Source: Candidatus Woesearchaeota archaeon (GTDB lineage Archaea; Nanobdellota; Nanobdellia; Pacearchaeales; GW2011-AR1). From it: a DNA stretch of 55,568 nt. The DNA lies in the NCBI GenBank assembly GCA_964409555.1, contig CAYPDP010000004.1:1-55568 (forward strand), read 5' to 3'. Positions 18,536 through 27,097 of this stretch are shown piece by piece. The notes below the pieces were generated by a model. The model made no database searches, was not told the origin of the DNA, and saw only the letters and a list, made by a program, of their open reading frames with translations. Position numbers and translations under genes: made by a program. Within the stretch, counting starts at the first letter, position 1; each line of letters begins with the position of its first letter.

Positions 18536-18895
18536 ATGATGAATAAAACTATATTAAAAGCATGTCATAAAGAAGGAATATGTGAAGATGAAATATATGA
18601 TGCATATAAAATATTTTTTGGAACTCTTTTTTCTGAATCAAGATTAAAGATAATTAATTTGCTTAGAAAAAGTAATAAAAATGTTTCTGAGATAATTAAA
18701 GAATTAAAAATGGAACAAACTGCCGTATCTCATGATCTTAGCAGATTAAAAAAATGTGGATTTGTTTCTTCAGAGATTAAAGGAAAATATAGATATTATA
18801 AAATTAATAAGAAAACTATTGAACCAATAATGAATTTAATTGATAAACATATGATTCATAATTGTGTTCATATACTTAGAGGAAATAAAAAATGA
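18536..18895 (+). CDS. ArsR/SmtB-family regulator
   Basis: SRLKII...NVSEI...QTAVSHDLSRLKKCG; Cys/His at both termini. Confidence 0.88.
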   Translation: MMNKTILKACHKEGICEDEIYDAYKIFFGTLFSESRLKIINLLRKSNKNVSEIIKELKMEQTAVSHDLSRLKKCGFVSSEIKGKYRYYKINKKTIEPIMNLIDKHMIHNCVHILRGNKK

Positions 18896-19347
18896 ATTTT
18901 AAAACAAAATCTATTATTTATGGGATTTTTGGAAGTTTAGTCTTATTTATTTTTTATTTAATTTTGCTTACTATCTTAAATTCATTTGATCACGCTTTAT
19001 CCCAATTTATTAGCATATGGTATTTAATGTTACCTTTAATTCTTGGTTTTGGAATACAAGTCGGACTATTTGTTTATATAAAAGATTATCACAAACATTT
19101 AGGAACTGAAAAAGCTACATTAGGAGTAAGTGCAGGAGTTTCTGGAGGTGCTATGATTGCTTGTTGTACTCATCATTTTGTTGAAATATTTGCTTTAATT
19201 GGAATTGCAGGAGCTTCAATATTTTTTGTAAAATACCAGACAACTTTCTTATTAATAGGAATTGGAGCAAATATCTTTGGAATAATATATATGTTAAATG
19301 AATTAAATAAAATAAATCATTGTAAAAAAAATGGCAAAAAGAAATAA
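18892..19347 (+). CDS. Four-TM membrane protein with ACCTHH motif
   Basis: Hydrophobic segments; MIACCTHH. Confidence 0.7.
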   Translation: MNFKTKSIIYGIFGSLVLFIFYLILLTILNSFDHALSQFISIWYLMLPLILGFGIQVGLFVYIKDYHKHLGTEKATLGVSAGVSGGAMIACCTHHFVEIFALIGIAGASIFFVKYQTTFLLIGIGANIFGIIYMLNELNKINHCKKNGKKK

Positions 19348-19654
19348 AAAGAAAAACAATAAAAAATTTATAAAAGATAATTGGTATTATATCTTAGGAG
19401 GGATAATTGTATTAATATTATTAATAATTACTATTTATCCTTTTTTTAATAAAAACGTTTCTAATAATTCAGCTGTTACTGAGAATATAAATCCTGAATT
19501 GCAAAAATATCGTTTAGATAGCATTCCAGAAGCATGTAGATTACCTCTTAGCCAAGATGATATCCAATCCTGGAAAGAACATTTGAGTCATCATAAAAAT
19601 ACTTGGTATTGTTTAGATTATTTTGAAGGAGGTAAAGAATTAATAGGAAAATGA
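19331..19654 (+). CDS. Membrane-anchored hypothetical protein with Cys/His motif
   Basis: TM; EAC...WKEHLSHH...WYC. Confidence 0.65.
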   Translation: MAKRNKKKNNKKFIKDNWYYILGGIIVLILLIITIYPFFNKNVSNNSAVTENINPELQKYRLDSIPEACRLPLSQDDIQSWKEHLSHHKNTWYCLDYFEGGKELIGK

Positions 19655-19866
19655 AAAAGATAAATTTAATATTTTTAAGTATAATAAGTATGGTTTTAGG
19701 AATAACTAATTTCATTTCTGCTCATGCAGGGGCGAGTTTTTCTGGACATCAAGGAATGATGGATGGAGAATTTGGTTATGTATTTATGTTAATTTTAATG
19801 ATATTAGTAATTGTTGTATTAATTTTACTAATTGTATGGTTAATAAAAAAAATACAACAAAAATAA
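19651..19866 (+). CDS. Small two-TM protein with His/Met loop
   Basis: AHAG...GHQGMM between hydrophobic segments. Confidence 0.6.
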   Translation: MKKINLIFLSIISMVLGITNFISAHAGASFSGHQGMMDGEFGYVFMLILMILVIVVLILLIVWLIKKIQQK

Positions 19867-19909
19867 TTAAAATAAACTTTAATAATATTAGATAAATGGA
19901 GACAAATAA

Positions 19910-20170
19910 ATGAAACAAGCATTGAATAAAAACCAATCTGGTTTAGCATTAGGAAGTGTATTTGCAATATTTCATACGTTGTGGGTATTTGTAGTGGGCA
20001 TCGGTCTAGGCAAATGGGTAATCAACAAAGGATATTCAATACATTTTTTAGCAAATGCTCCTACAATCAATAGCTTTAGTTTTACAACTGCACTGATAGG
20101 AATAATCTCTGCATTTGTTAGCGGTTATATTGTTGGATGGCTAATTGTATATTTTTACAATAAGTTTTAG
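19910..20170 (+). CDS. Small membrane protein
   Basis: Hydrophobic 86-aa ORF with FHTLW and SIHF. Confidence 0.6.
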   Translation: MKQALNKNQSGLALGSVFAIFHTLWVFVVGIGLGKWVINKGYSIHFLANAPTINSFSFTTALIGIISAFVSGYIVGWLIVYFYNKF

Positions 20171-20204
20171 TAAATTTAAAACATGAAAGGAGGTAAAAAA
20201 TAAA

Positions 20205-20399
20205 ATGAGTTTATTCAAAAAGAAATGTGAATTTTGCAAGAAAAAAATAGATAAAGGTAGTGAAGTATTCAAAGATGTGAAAGTCCCTGCTTTTGTTGGA
20301 ACAAGAGAAAAGGCTTTTTGTAGTGATGAACATGCAAACAATTATGTAAACGAACTTTCAAAAAAACCAAAAAGTGGGGGTGGAGGTTGTTGCGGATAA
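20205..20399 (+). CDS. TRASH/YHS-like metal-binding protein
   Basis: CEFC...FCSDEH; ends GGGGCCG; GGAGG SD upstream. Confidence 0.7.
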   Translation: MSLFKKKCEFCKKKIDKGSEVFKDVKVPAFVGTREKAFCSDEHANNYVNELSKKPKSGGGGCCG

Positions 20400-20513
20400 A
20401 ATGAGTTTGTTTATTATTAAGCTTAAAGAAAATTTATTTTAAAATTTTTATTAATTTATTAGGAGTAACTAAATAGAAATATTTATAAACTATTAGGTTA
20501 TTAAATAATTTCC

Positions 20514-21365
20514 TTAATCAATCAATAAACTCGCACCCAATATTCCTTCATGTTCTAACTTAGTCCATACAATAGTAGTTTTTCTAGGAATAATTGTATA
20601 TTTTTTTGTTTGTTCTTTTATCATTTTTAAAAGTTTATCTCCTGCTTCTTTAAAACCACCTGCTAGAATAATCACTTCAGGATCTAAAATATTAATTAAA
20701 CTTGCAATTCCTTGCCCGAGATAAGAAGTTATTTCATCTAATATTTTTTTAGAATTTTTATCATTATTTTTTGTTAATTCTGAAACCATACAAACTTTTT
20801 TACAATATTTCTTTGATAATTTTTTAACAGCTTTTCCTCCTGCAAAATTTTCAAAATCCTTTCCATTATTTAAAATAAAATGTCCTAACTCACTTGCATA
20901 TCCCTCCCCATCAAAACCTTTATACAACTGTCCATTAAGAATTATTCCTCCACCTATACCAGTTCCCAACGTAATTAAAACAAAATTCTTTTTTCCTTTT
21001 CCTAATCCTAATTTTAATTCTGCTAAAGCAAAACAATTCGCATCATTTTCAACTTCAACTTTTAGTTTAAATTTTTTCTGAAGAATTTTTTTTAAATTAA
21101 AATTCTTTAAAGGCAAATTAGGCGATATTTTTATAACTCCCTTAGAAATCATTCCTGCACTTGAAATTCCAATACCTTTAATATTTGATTTACCATATTC
21201 TTTAATAAACTCAGATATATTTTTTTCCATTAATCTTAATAGATAATTTTTTTCAAGAGGAGTATTATTTTTCACAAATTTTATTATTTTATTGTTTTTC
21301 AGAACAGCCACTCTTAAATGTGTTCCACCTAAATCAATAGCAATTTTATATTTAACCATTTTCAT
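20514..21365 (-). CDS. ROK-family sugar kinase (probable glucokinase)
   Basis: IDLGGT, ENDANC, TLGTGIGGG, ELGH. Confidence 0.88.
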   Translation of the reverse strand: MKMVKYKIAIDLGGTHLRVAVLKNNKIIKFVKNNTPLEKNYLLRLMEKNISEFIKEYGKSNIKGIGISSAGMISKGVIKISPNLPLKNFNLKKILQKKFKLKVEVENDANCFALAELKLGLGKGKKNFVLITLGTGIGGGIILNGQLYKGFDGEGYASELGHFILNNGKDFENFAGGKAVKKLSKKYCKKVCMVSELTKNNDKNSKKILDEITSYLGQGIASLINILDPEVIILAGGFKEAGDKLLKMIKEQTKKYTIIPRKTTIVWTKLEHEGILGASLLID

Positions 21366-21470
21366 CTCTTTTATATTTTAATTAACAAGATACATTTTAA
21401 ATAAGTTTTTATTTTGAAAGCAAGGTTTATTAATATCTTTTTTATTATTTATAATATAAAAATAGGTGAA

Positions 21471-21492
21471 ATTGAAAATAAATATTTTCAAT
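21471..21492. promoter_or_regulatory. Perfect palindrome, candidate operator between the divergent ROK and hydrogenase genes
   Basis: attgaaaata-aa-tattttcaat (10-bp arms). Confidence 0.55.
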
Positions 21493-21541
21493 CATTTAAA
21501 CATTCACTCAACACGGCGTCACAATACCTTGTTTAAATATA

Positions 21542-22543
21542 ATGCAAAAATTACTTCCAAAAAAAGAATTGAATAATTTTCTTATATCTTTAATAAGAAA
21601 ATATGAATTAATAGCTCCTGTTAAAAATTCTTTTGGAAAACCTTCTAGATTTAAAATAATTAAAAATAAAGAGGAAATTCAAGAGATTGATTTAAATGGC
21701 TTAACTGAAATATCTCAGAAAAAGTTTTTTATTCCTGAAAGAGAAACTCTTCTTGAATTTAAAAATGGAAAATCAATAGAAAATAATCCTTTAATAGATA
21801 AAAAAAAGATAAAAAAAAGAATTATTTTTGGAATAAGAAAATGTGATATTAATTCTCTTCAAATTTTAGATAATGTTATGAAAGATCCACTATATATTAG
21901 TAAAAGAAAAAATACTTTTTTAATTGGCTTACATTGTGAGAATCCAGATGAATTTTGTTTTTGCAATTCTATGGAATTAAATGATAAAGGTTCTGATTTA
22001 TTTTTCTATCCTGATAAAAATAATTATTATATAAGTGTTAATTCAAAATTTGGGGAAAAAATTGTTAAAATTCTAAAAGAAGTAAAATCTGGTAAGGAAG
22101 TTGTAAAAAAAATAAAAAATTTTAAAGTTCTTGGAAATAAAAATATAGATAAAAATTATAGAAATAAAATATGGCAATCTGATTCTGACAAATGTTTGAG
22201 TTGTGCTGCTTGTACAATTGACTGTCCAACTTGTAATTGTTTTGATATTTATGATGAGTTAGATATTAATTTAAAAGATGGTATGAGAAAAAGAAAATCT
22301 GCTTCGTGTATGCTTAAAAGTTTTTCAAAAGTTGCAGGAGGGAAATCATTTAGAGATTCTCGTTTAAGTAGATTCAAACATTTTGTTTATCATAAAATTG
22401 TTTATTACAAAAAAGTTCATGGAAGATATATGTGCACAGGATGTGGGAGGTGTTTGAGAATATGTCCTACACACATAGATTGGACTGATACAATTAATTT
22501 TTTGAATGAAATTAAAGATGCTAATAAGAAAAAAATAAAATGA
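21542..22543 (+). CDS. hydB: Group 3b hydrogenase beta subunit (Fe-S)
   Basis: CFC, CLSCAACTIDCPTCNC, CTGCGRCLRICP. Confidence 0.88.
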   Translation: MQKLLPKKELNNFLISLIRKYELIAPVKNSFGKPSRFKIIKNKEEIQEIDLNGLTEISQKKFFIPERETLLEFKNGKSIENNPLIDKKKIKKRIIFGIRKCDINSLQILDNVMKDPLYISKRKNTFLIGLHCENPDEFCFCNSMELNDKGSDLFFYPDKNNYYISVNSKFGEKIVKILKEVKSGKEVVKKIKNFKVLGNKNIDKNYRNKIWQSDSDKCLSCAACTIDCPTCNCFDIYDELDINLKDGMRKRKSASCMLKSFSKVAGGKSFRDSRLSRFKHFVYHKIVYYKKVHGRYMCTGCGRCLRICPTHIDWTDTINFLNEIKDANKKKIK

Positions 22544-23361
22544 CTTATAATACAAAATCTTGCAAAATAATTGAAATAAAAAAATTTACACATAATGTTA
22601 AATTAATTAAAATTAAATCTAACTTAAATCCAGAACCAGGTCAATTTATTCAGGTAGGAATTCTTGGAATTGGTGAGTGTCCTTTAGGACCTTGTTCATA
22701 TAATAATCAAGAAATTGAAATGATTATTAAAAATGCAGGAAATGTTACTTCTGCTATTTTCAAATTAAAAAAAGGTGATTCATTAGATATAAGAGGTCCT
22801 TATGGCAAAGGATTTCCTCTTGAAAAAATAAAGGGAAAAGATTTAATAATAATTGGTGGAGGAACAGGAATTGCACCGGTTTCATCTCTTATTGATTATA
22901 TTTATAAAAATGATAAAAATTTTGGAGATATTAAAATTTATTTTGGTTTTAAAGATGAAAATAATATTTTAATTAAAAATAAATTTAAACCATGGAAGAA
23001 GAAATTTAATTTAACTATAACTCTTGATGAAAAATTAGGGATAGGAAATATTAAAACTAAAAAAGGATTTATACATGAAGTTATAAAAAATGAGAAAATA
23101 AAAATTAATTCTGAAAATACAATAGCATTTATATGTGGTCCTGAAATTATGATGAAAAATGTTTCTGAAGAACTCAATAATCTTGGAATTAAAAATAATA
23201 GTATATTTTGGAGCATGGAAAGAAGAATGGAATGTGCTTTTGGAAATTGTGGAAGATGTTTAATTCAAGATGTTTATGTTTGCAAAGACGGACCTGTTTT
23301 TAATTATCAAGAAATTAAACCAAAGATTGAAAATGAACAATCAAGTAATAATTATATTTGA
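22540..23361 (+). CDS. hydG: Group 3b hydrogenase gamma subunit (FAD/NAD(P)-binding)
   Basis: RGPYG, GGGTGIAP, CGP, ERRMECAFGNCGRC. Confidence 0.88.
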   Translation: MTYNTKSCKIIEIKKFTHNVKLIKIKSNLNPEPGQFIQVGILGIGECPLGPCSYNNQEIEMIIKNAGNVTSAIFKLKKGDSLDIRGPYGKGFPLEKIKGKDLIIIGGGTGIAPVSSLIDYIYKNDKNFGDIKIYFGFKDENNILIKNKFKPWKKKFNLTITLDEKLGIGNIKTKKGFIHEVIKNEKIKINSENTIAFICGPEIMMKNVSEELNNLGIKNNSIFWSMERRMECAFGNCGRCLIQDVYVCKDGPVFNYQEIKPKIENEQSSNNYI

Positions 23362-23362
23362 A

Positions 23363-24154
23363 ATGAAAACAAAAAAACCAACAGTTGGAATTTATGGAAT
23401 AAGCGGATGTGCAGGATGTCTTCTTACAGTGTTGTATGAAGATTGTTTTAAAGATTTAATTAAATTAGTTGATGTTAAAGCATTTCCTTTAATTAAAGAA
23501 GACAAATATGAAGGTGATTTTGATTATATTTTTATTGAAGGAACTGTTTGTTTTGATGAAGATATTTTGACTTTGAAAAAATTAAGAAAAAGGACAAAAA
23601 ATATTATTGCTCTTGGTTCTTGTGCGTGTGTTGGAGGAGTTCCAAGTATGAAGAATTTTTTAAATAAAGAAAAAACAATGAAATTTGTATATCCTGTTTA
23701 TAATCATTTAAAAGCAGAGGACCCAACTCCAATTGATATGCATATTAAAGTAGATTATTATTTACCTCAATGTCCCCCAGATAAAAAAGAAATAATTGAA
23801 TTTATAAAATGTATCTCAACAGGTCAAGAATTTAAAGGTTATACTGACCCAGTTTGTTTAGAGTGTAAAGCTAAAGGGAATATTTGTTTATTGAATGAAG
23901 GGAAACTTTGTTTAGGACCTATAACTAATGGAGGATGTGGTGCTATTTGTCCAAGCAATAATGTTGTTTGTTATGGTTGTCGCGGACCTTTAAAAGATGC
24001 TAACTCAAAAGCTTTTATTAATTTATTAAAAGAAAAAGGATATAATACTAAAGAAATAGAAAATAAAATAAGCACTTTTGCTGGTTTACAATTTAAAGAA
24101 GCTTTAGAGCCTGAAAGTGAAAAAGAAAAGAAATCAAAATGGTTGGAAGAATGA
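23363..24154 (+). CDS. hydD: NiFe hydrogenase small (delta) subunit
   Basis: SGCAGC, GSCACVGG, QCPP, VCLEC...CLGP...CGAICP...CYGCRG; start moved to ATG 23363. Confidence 0.9.
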   Translation: MKTKKPTVGIYGISGCAGCLLTVLYEDCFKDLIKLVDVKAFPLIKEDKYEGDFDYIFIEGTVCFDEDILTLKKLRKRTKNIIALGSCACVGGVPSMKNFLNKEKTMKFVYPVYNHLKAEDPTPIDMHIKVDYYLPQCPPDKKEIIEFIKCISTGQEFKGYTDPVCLECKAKGNICLLNEGKLCLGPITNGGCGAICPSNNVVCYGCRGPLKDANSKAFINLLKEKGYNTKEIENKISTFAGLQFKEALEPESEKEKKSKWLEE

Positions 24155-24159
24155 AAACA

Positions 24160-24191
24160 TTTAAATACTTTAATTGTATAAGTTTATACAA
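24160..24191 (+). promoter_or_regulatory. TATA box followed by a palindromic operator
   Basis: tttaaata (24160-24167), then ttgtataa-gt-ttatacaa (24174-24191), 8 bp before the ATG. Confidence 0.65.
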
Positions 24192-24199
24192 GAGATAAA

Positions 24200-24460
24200 A
24201 TGGAAAATAAAATCTTACATTATCCCAAATTGAATTCAATCCTTATGGTTGAAAAAGCAATTCAAGACAGCAAAGACTATCAGACAAAAATGCAATTATG
24301 GAAAAGTTTGCCAAAACAAATGCAATACCAGACATTTAAATTAATCTTAGATTATCTTGAGATATCAAATAAAATTATGATTGAAGATGATAAGATAATA
24401 TGGATTTTTGTAAATAATAAAAAACTTAATGAATTAATAGATGGGGCAGTTAAAGTATAA
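24200..24460 (+). CDS. Small winged-helix-like protein, putative antitoxin/regulator
   Basis: 86 aa with HTH-like pattern; own promoter/operator; precedes a RelE-like ORF. Confidence 0.5.
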   Translation: MENKILHYPKLNSILMVEKAIQDSKDYQTKMQLWKSLPKQMQYQTFKLILDYLEISNKIMIEDDKIIWIFVNNKKLNELIDGAVKV

Positions 24461-24493
24461 TAATTCAGAAAAGAGGAATTTTCTTAATCAAAA

Positions 24494-24850
24494 ATGAAAG
24501 AATTTGTTGTTCAATTAAGCAGAGAATTATTTAAATCAAAAATTCAGATTGAAAAAGAGTTAGGTCAAGACAATAAATCTAATGAAGAGTTATATTCATT
24601 AATTCTAAAGACAATTGATTTCTTAAAGTTAAAAAGAAAAGGAGAACCTGTTTCAAAAAAACTTCCTATATACAAATATTTTGAAAAAAAACATAGGATA
24701 ACTAATTTATTTTTAATTAAGATAAGTAAAGAGGCTAGAGCATTCTATACAAATATTTCTAGAGATAAATATGCAATCTTGCAGATTATTTTAGAAGTTC
24801 ATAAGACTCATAAAGAATATGAAAAGAAAGGAGGATATAATAAGCATTAA
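24494..24850 (+). CDS. Putative RelE/ParE-like toxin
   Basis: Basic 118-aa protein; ITNLFLIKISKEARAFY...ILEV..HKEY loosely resembles RelE. Confidence 0.4.
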   Translation: MKEFVVQLSRELFKSKIQIEKELGQDNKSNEELYSLILKTIDFLKLKRKGEPVSKKLPIYKYFEKKHRITNLFLIKISKEARAFYTNISRDKYAILQIILEVHKTHKEYEKKGGYNKH

Positions 24851-24866
24851 GAAGATGGTTAGAGGA

Positions 24867-25268
24867 ATGAAAATAAATTTTAAAGATATGTCAATTTTAG
24901 AGAATAAAAGAAAGGTCAAGATTATCGGATATTGTGAAGGAATTAGTGTTGAAATAGAACTTTCAATATTACAATTAGCTAAAGTCTTTAGAACTGATAG
25001 AAAAGTATTAAAGAGACAAGAGAAATATGGTTGGGGAAATGAAGAATTTGAAGATAAATGTAGAGAAACAAAAAAATTAGTAGAAAATTACCCTAATATA
25101 AATATCTTAGATAAATCTATTAAATTTGGACAGATTAATTTAACACAAAAAAAGATATTTTATGATAAAAAACAAAAAATCTGTATTCAAATTTATGCAG
25201 AAGATATCTTTGGGTGGAATAACGAAGGATTAATTATAAATTTTCAGGAAGATTTTAATTTCCATTAA
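24867..25268 (+). CDS. Hypothetical protein
   Basis: Open frame; AGAGGA SD before ATG 24867. Confidence 0.6.
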   Translation: MKINFKDMSILENKRKVKIIGYCEGISVEIELSILQLAKVFRTDRKVLKRQEKYGWGNEEFEDKCRETKKLVENYPNINILDKSIKFGQINLTQKKIFYDKKQKICIQIYAEDIFGWNNEGLIINFQEDFNFH

Positions 25269-25326
25269 ATAAAGATAGACTTCAATTACTGATGAATCCT
25301 AATTATATTGAAATAAATAAATTAAA

Positions 25327-25782
25327 ATGAAAACAAGATACCTTTATCATGGTTCAATTAAAAAAATTATTGGAGAAAGACTTATCCCTAAAAAGGCTAA
25401 AGATTTGGAAAAAGATTCAAAAAATATGCATTCTGCAGTTTATGCAACTGATATAAAAGAAATTGCTATAGCAATGGCAATAATTAGCTGTAAAGGAGTT
25501 TATGGGGCAAAATTAAGATTTGATAGAAAACCTTATGGAATAATTTATGATGGATGGCCAAAACAAAAATATATTTACCTTTATACATTAAACATTAAAG
25601 ATTTCAAAAAAATGGGAGGAAAGGGAAAACAATGGGCTTCTTTTAAATCAGTTAAACCAATTAAAACAAAAAAATTGATTATTAAAGATTATATTAAATT
25701 AATTAAAAAAGCGAGTAAAATTGAAGTTAATAAATGGTTAAAAAAATATAAATTAGAACTTTGGGAAGATAAATTAAAATGA
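25327..25782 (+). CDS. Hypothetical protein, possible ADP-ribosyltransferase (Arr-like) fold
   Basis: YLYHGS, AVYAT, YIYLY strand pattern. Confidence 0.45.
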   Translation: MKTRYLYHGSIKKIIGERLIPKKAKDLEKDSKNMHSAVYATDIKEIAIAMAIISCKGVYGAKLRFDRKPYGIIYDGWPKQKYIYLYTLNIKDFKKMGGKGKQWASFKSVKPIKTKKLIIKDYIKLIKKASKIEVNKWLKKYKLELWEDKLK

Positions 25783-27071
25783 CAAATAAAAAAGAAATAA
25801 ATTTAAATCATATAGCAAAAGTAGAAGGTCATGCAAATTTGACTTTGAAAATTGAAAAAAATAAAGTTAAAAAATGTGAGCTTAAAGCAATTGAAGGAGC
25901 AAGATTTTTTGAAGCTTTAGTTTTAGGAAAGAAAGTTGAAGATGTTCAGGAGATTGTTACAAGAATATGTGGTATTTGTAGTGTTGCTCATTCAGTAGCA
26001 AGTATTCAAGCTTTAGAAGAGGCTTTAGAAATTATACCTTCTAAAGAACAAATTATTCTAAGAGAATTATTAATGACTGGAGAAAGAATTCGTAGTAATG
26101 TTACACATTTGTATTTCTTGAGTTTACCTGATTATTTCAATTCAAGTTCAATTCTTGATCTTATAAAAAAAGATACCAAACAGCAAGAAAAAGTTAATGA
26201 TGCTCTTACACTTATTAGATTAGGGAATAATCTTATTGAAACTTTCGGAGGAAGAGAAATTCATCCTTTTCTTGGAATTAATGAAGATATTCCTAATTTT
26301 AATACAAAACTAATTATTGAAAAATTAAATAATTCTAAACCAATTATTAAAAAAACAATAAAACTGTTTAAAGGATTAAAATTTCCTAATATTGAAAGAG
26401 AAATAGATTATTTGAGTTTAAAAGAAAGTGAAAATTATGCAATTATTTCTGGAAAAATAATCTCTAATTCAAAATTAATAGATGATGAAGATTATAAGAA
26501 ACATATTAAAGAGAATATTAAAGAATATGCAACTTCTAAATTTGGATTAAGCAATGATGGCGGATTATTTGTAACAGGAGCTATAGCAAGATTGAATAAT
26601 AATCATTTACAATTAGATGGAGAAACTAAAGAATTTCTAAAAGGATTAAAATTTCCATTAAAAAATCCTTTTTATAATAATTTTGCACAATCTCTTGAAC
26701 TTCTTCATTTAACTAATAGAGCAATAAAATTAATTAATGAATTAAAAAATATTTCAAATAAAAATAATAATAAAAAACAAGAAATAAAAATTAAATCAGG
26801 TCATGCTGTTTCTGCTATTGAAGCTCCAAGAGGAACTTTGTTCCATGAATATAAAATTGATAAACAGGGAAAAATATCTTATTGTAATATTATAACTCCT
26901 ACAGTTCAAAATTTAAATATGATGGAACAAGACATAATAAAAATTGTAAATAATTCTTTATCTCTTGGAAAAAACAAAGACCAAATTATTAAAGATGTTG
27001 AAATGTTAATCAGAGCTTATGATCCTTGTTTCTCTTGTTCAACACATTTCTTGAAAGTTAATTGGGAATAA
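25779..27071 (+). CDS. hydA: NiFe hydrogenase large (alpha) subunit, group 3b
   Basis: KVEGH, RICGICSVAH, EAPRG, DPCFSCSTH plus a 7-aa tail. Confidence 0.95.
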   Translation: MTNKKEINLNHIAKVEGHANLTLKIEKNKVKKCELKAIEGARFFEALVLGKKVEDVQEIVTRICGICSVAHSVASIQALEEALEIIPSKEQIILRELLMTGERIRSNVTHLYFLSLPDYFNSSSILDLIKKDTKQQEKVNDALTLIRLGNNLIETFGGREIHPFLGINEDIPNFNTKLIIEKLNNSKPIIKKTIKLFKGLKFPNIEREIDYLSLKESENYAIISGKIISNSKLIDDEDYKKHIKENIKEYATSKFGLSNDGGLFVTGAIARLNNNHLQLDGETKEFLKGLKFPLKNPFYNNFAQSLELLHLTNRAIKLINELKNISNKNNNKKQEIKIKSGHAVSAIEAPRGTLFHEYKIDKQGKISYCNIITPTVQNLNMMEQDIIKIVNNSLSLGKNKDQIIKDVEMLIRAYDPCFSCSTHFLKVNWE

Positions 27072-27097
27072 AAAGAAATTATGAATAAAAATCATAC

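Noticed and set aside
2109-27071. Selenocysteine read-through in redox or hydrogenase genes
   Set aside because: Catalytic positions use Cys codons, the MVGGC genes end in TAA, and no in-frame TGA falls at a Cys position.
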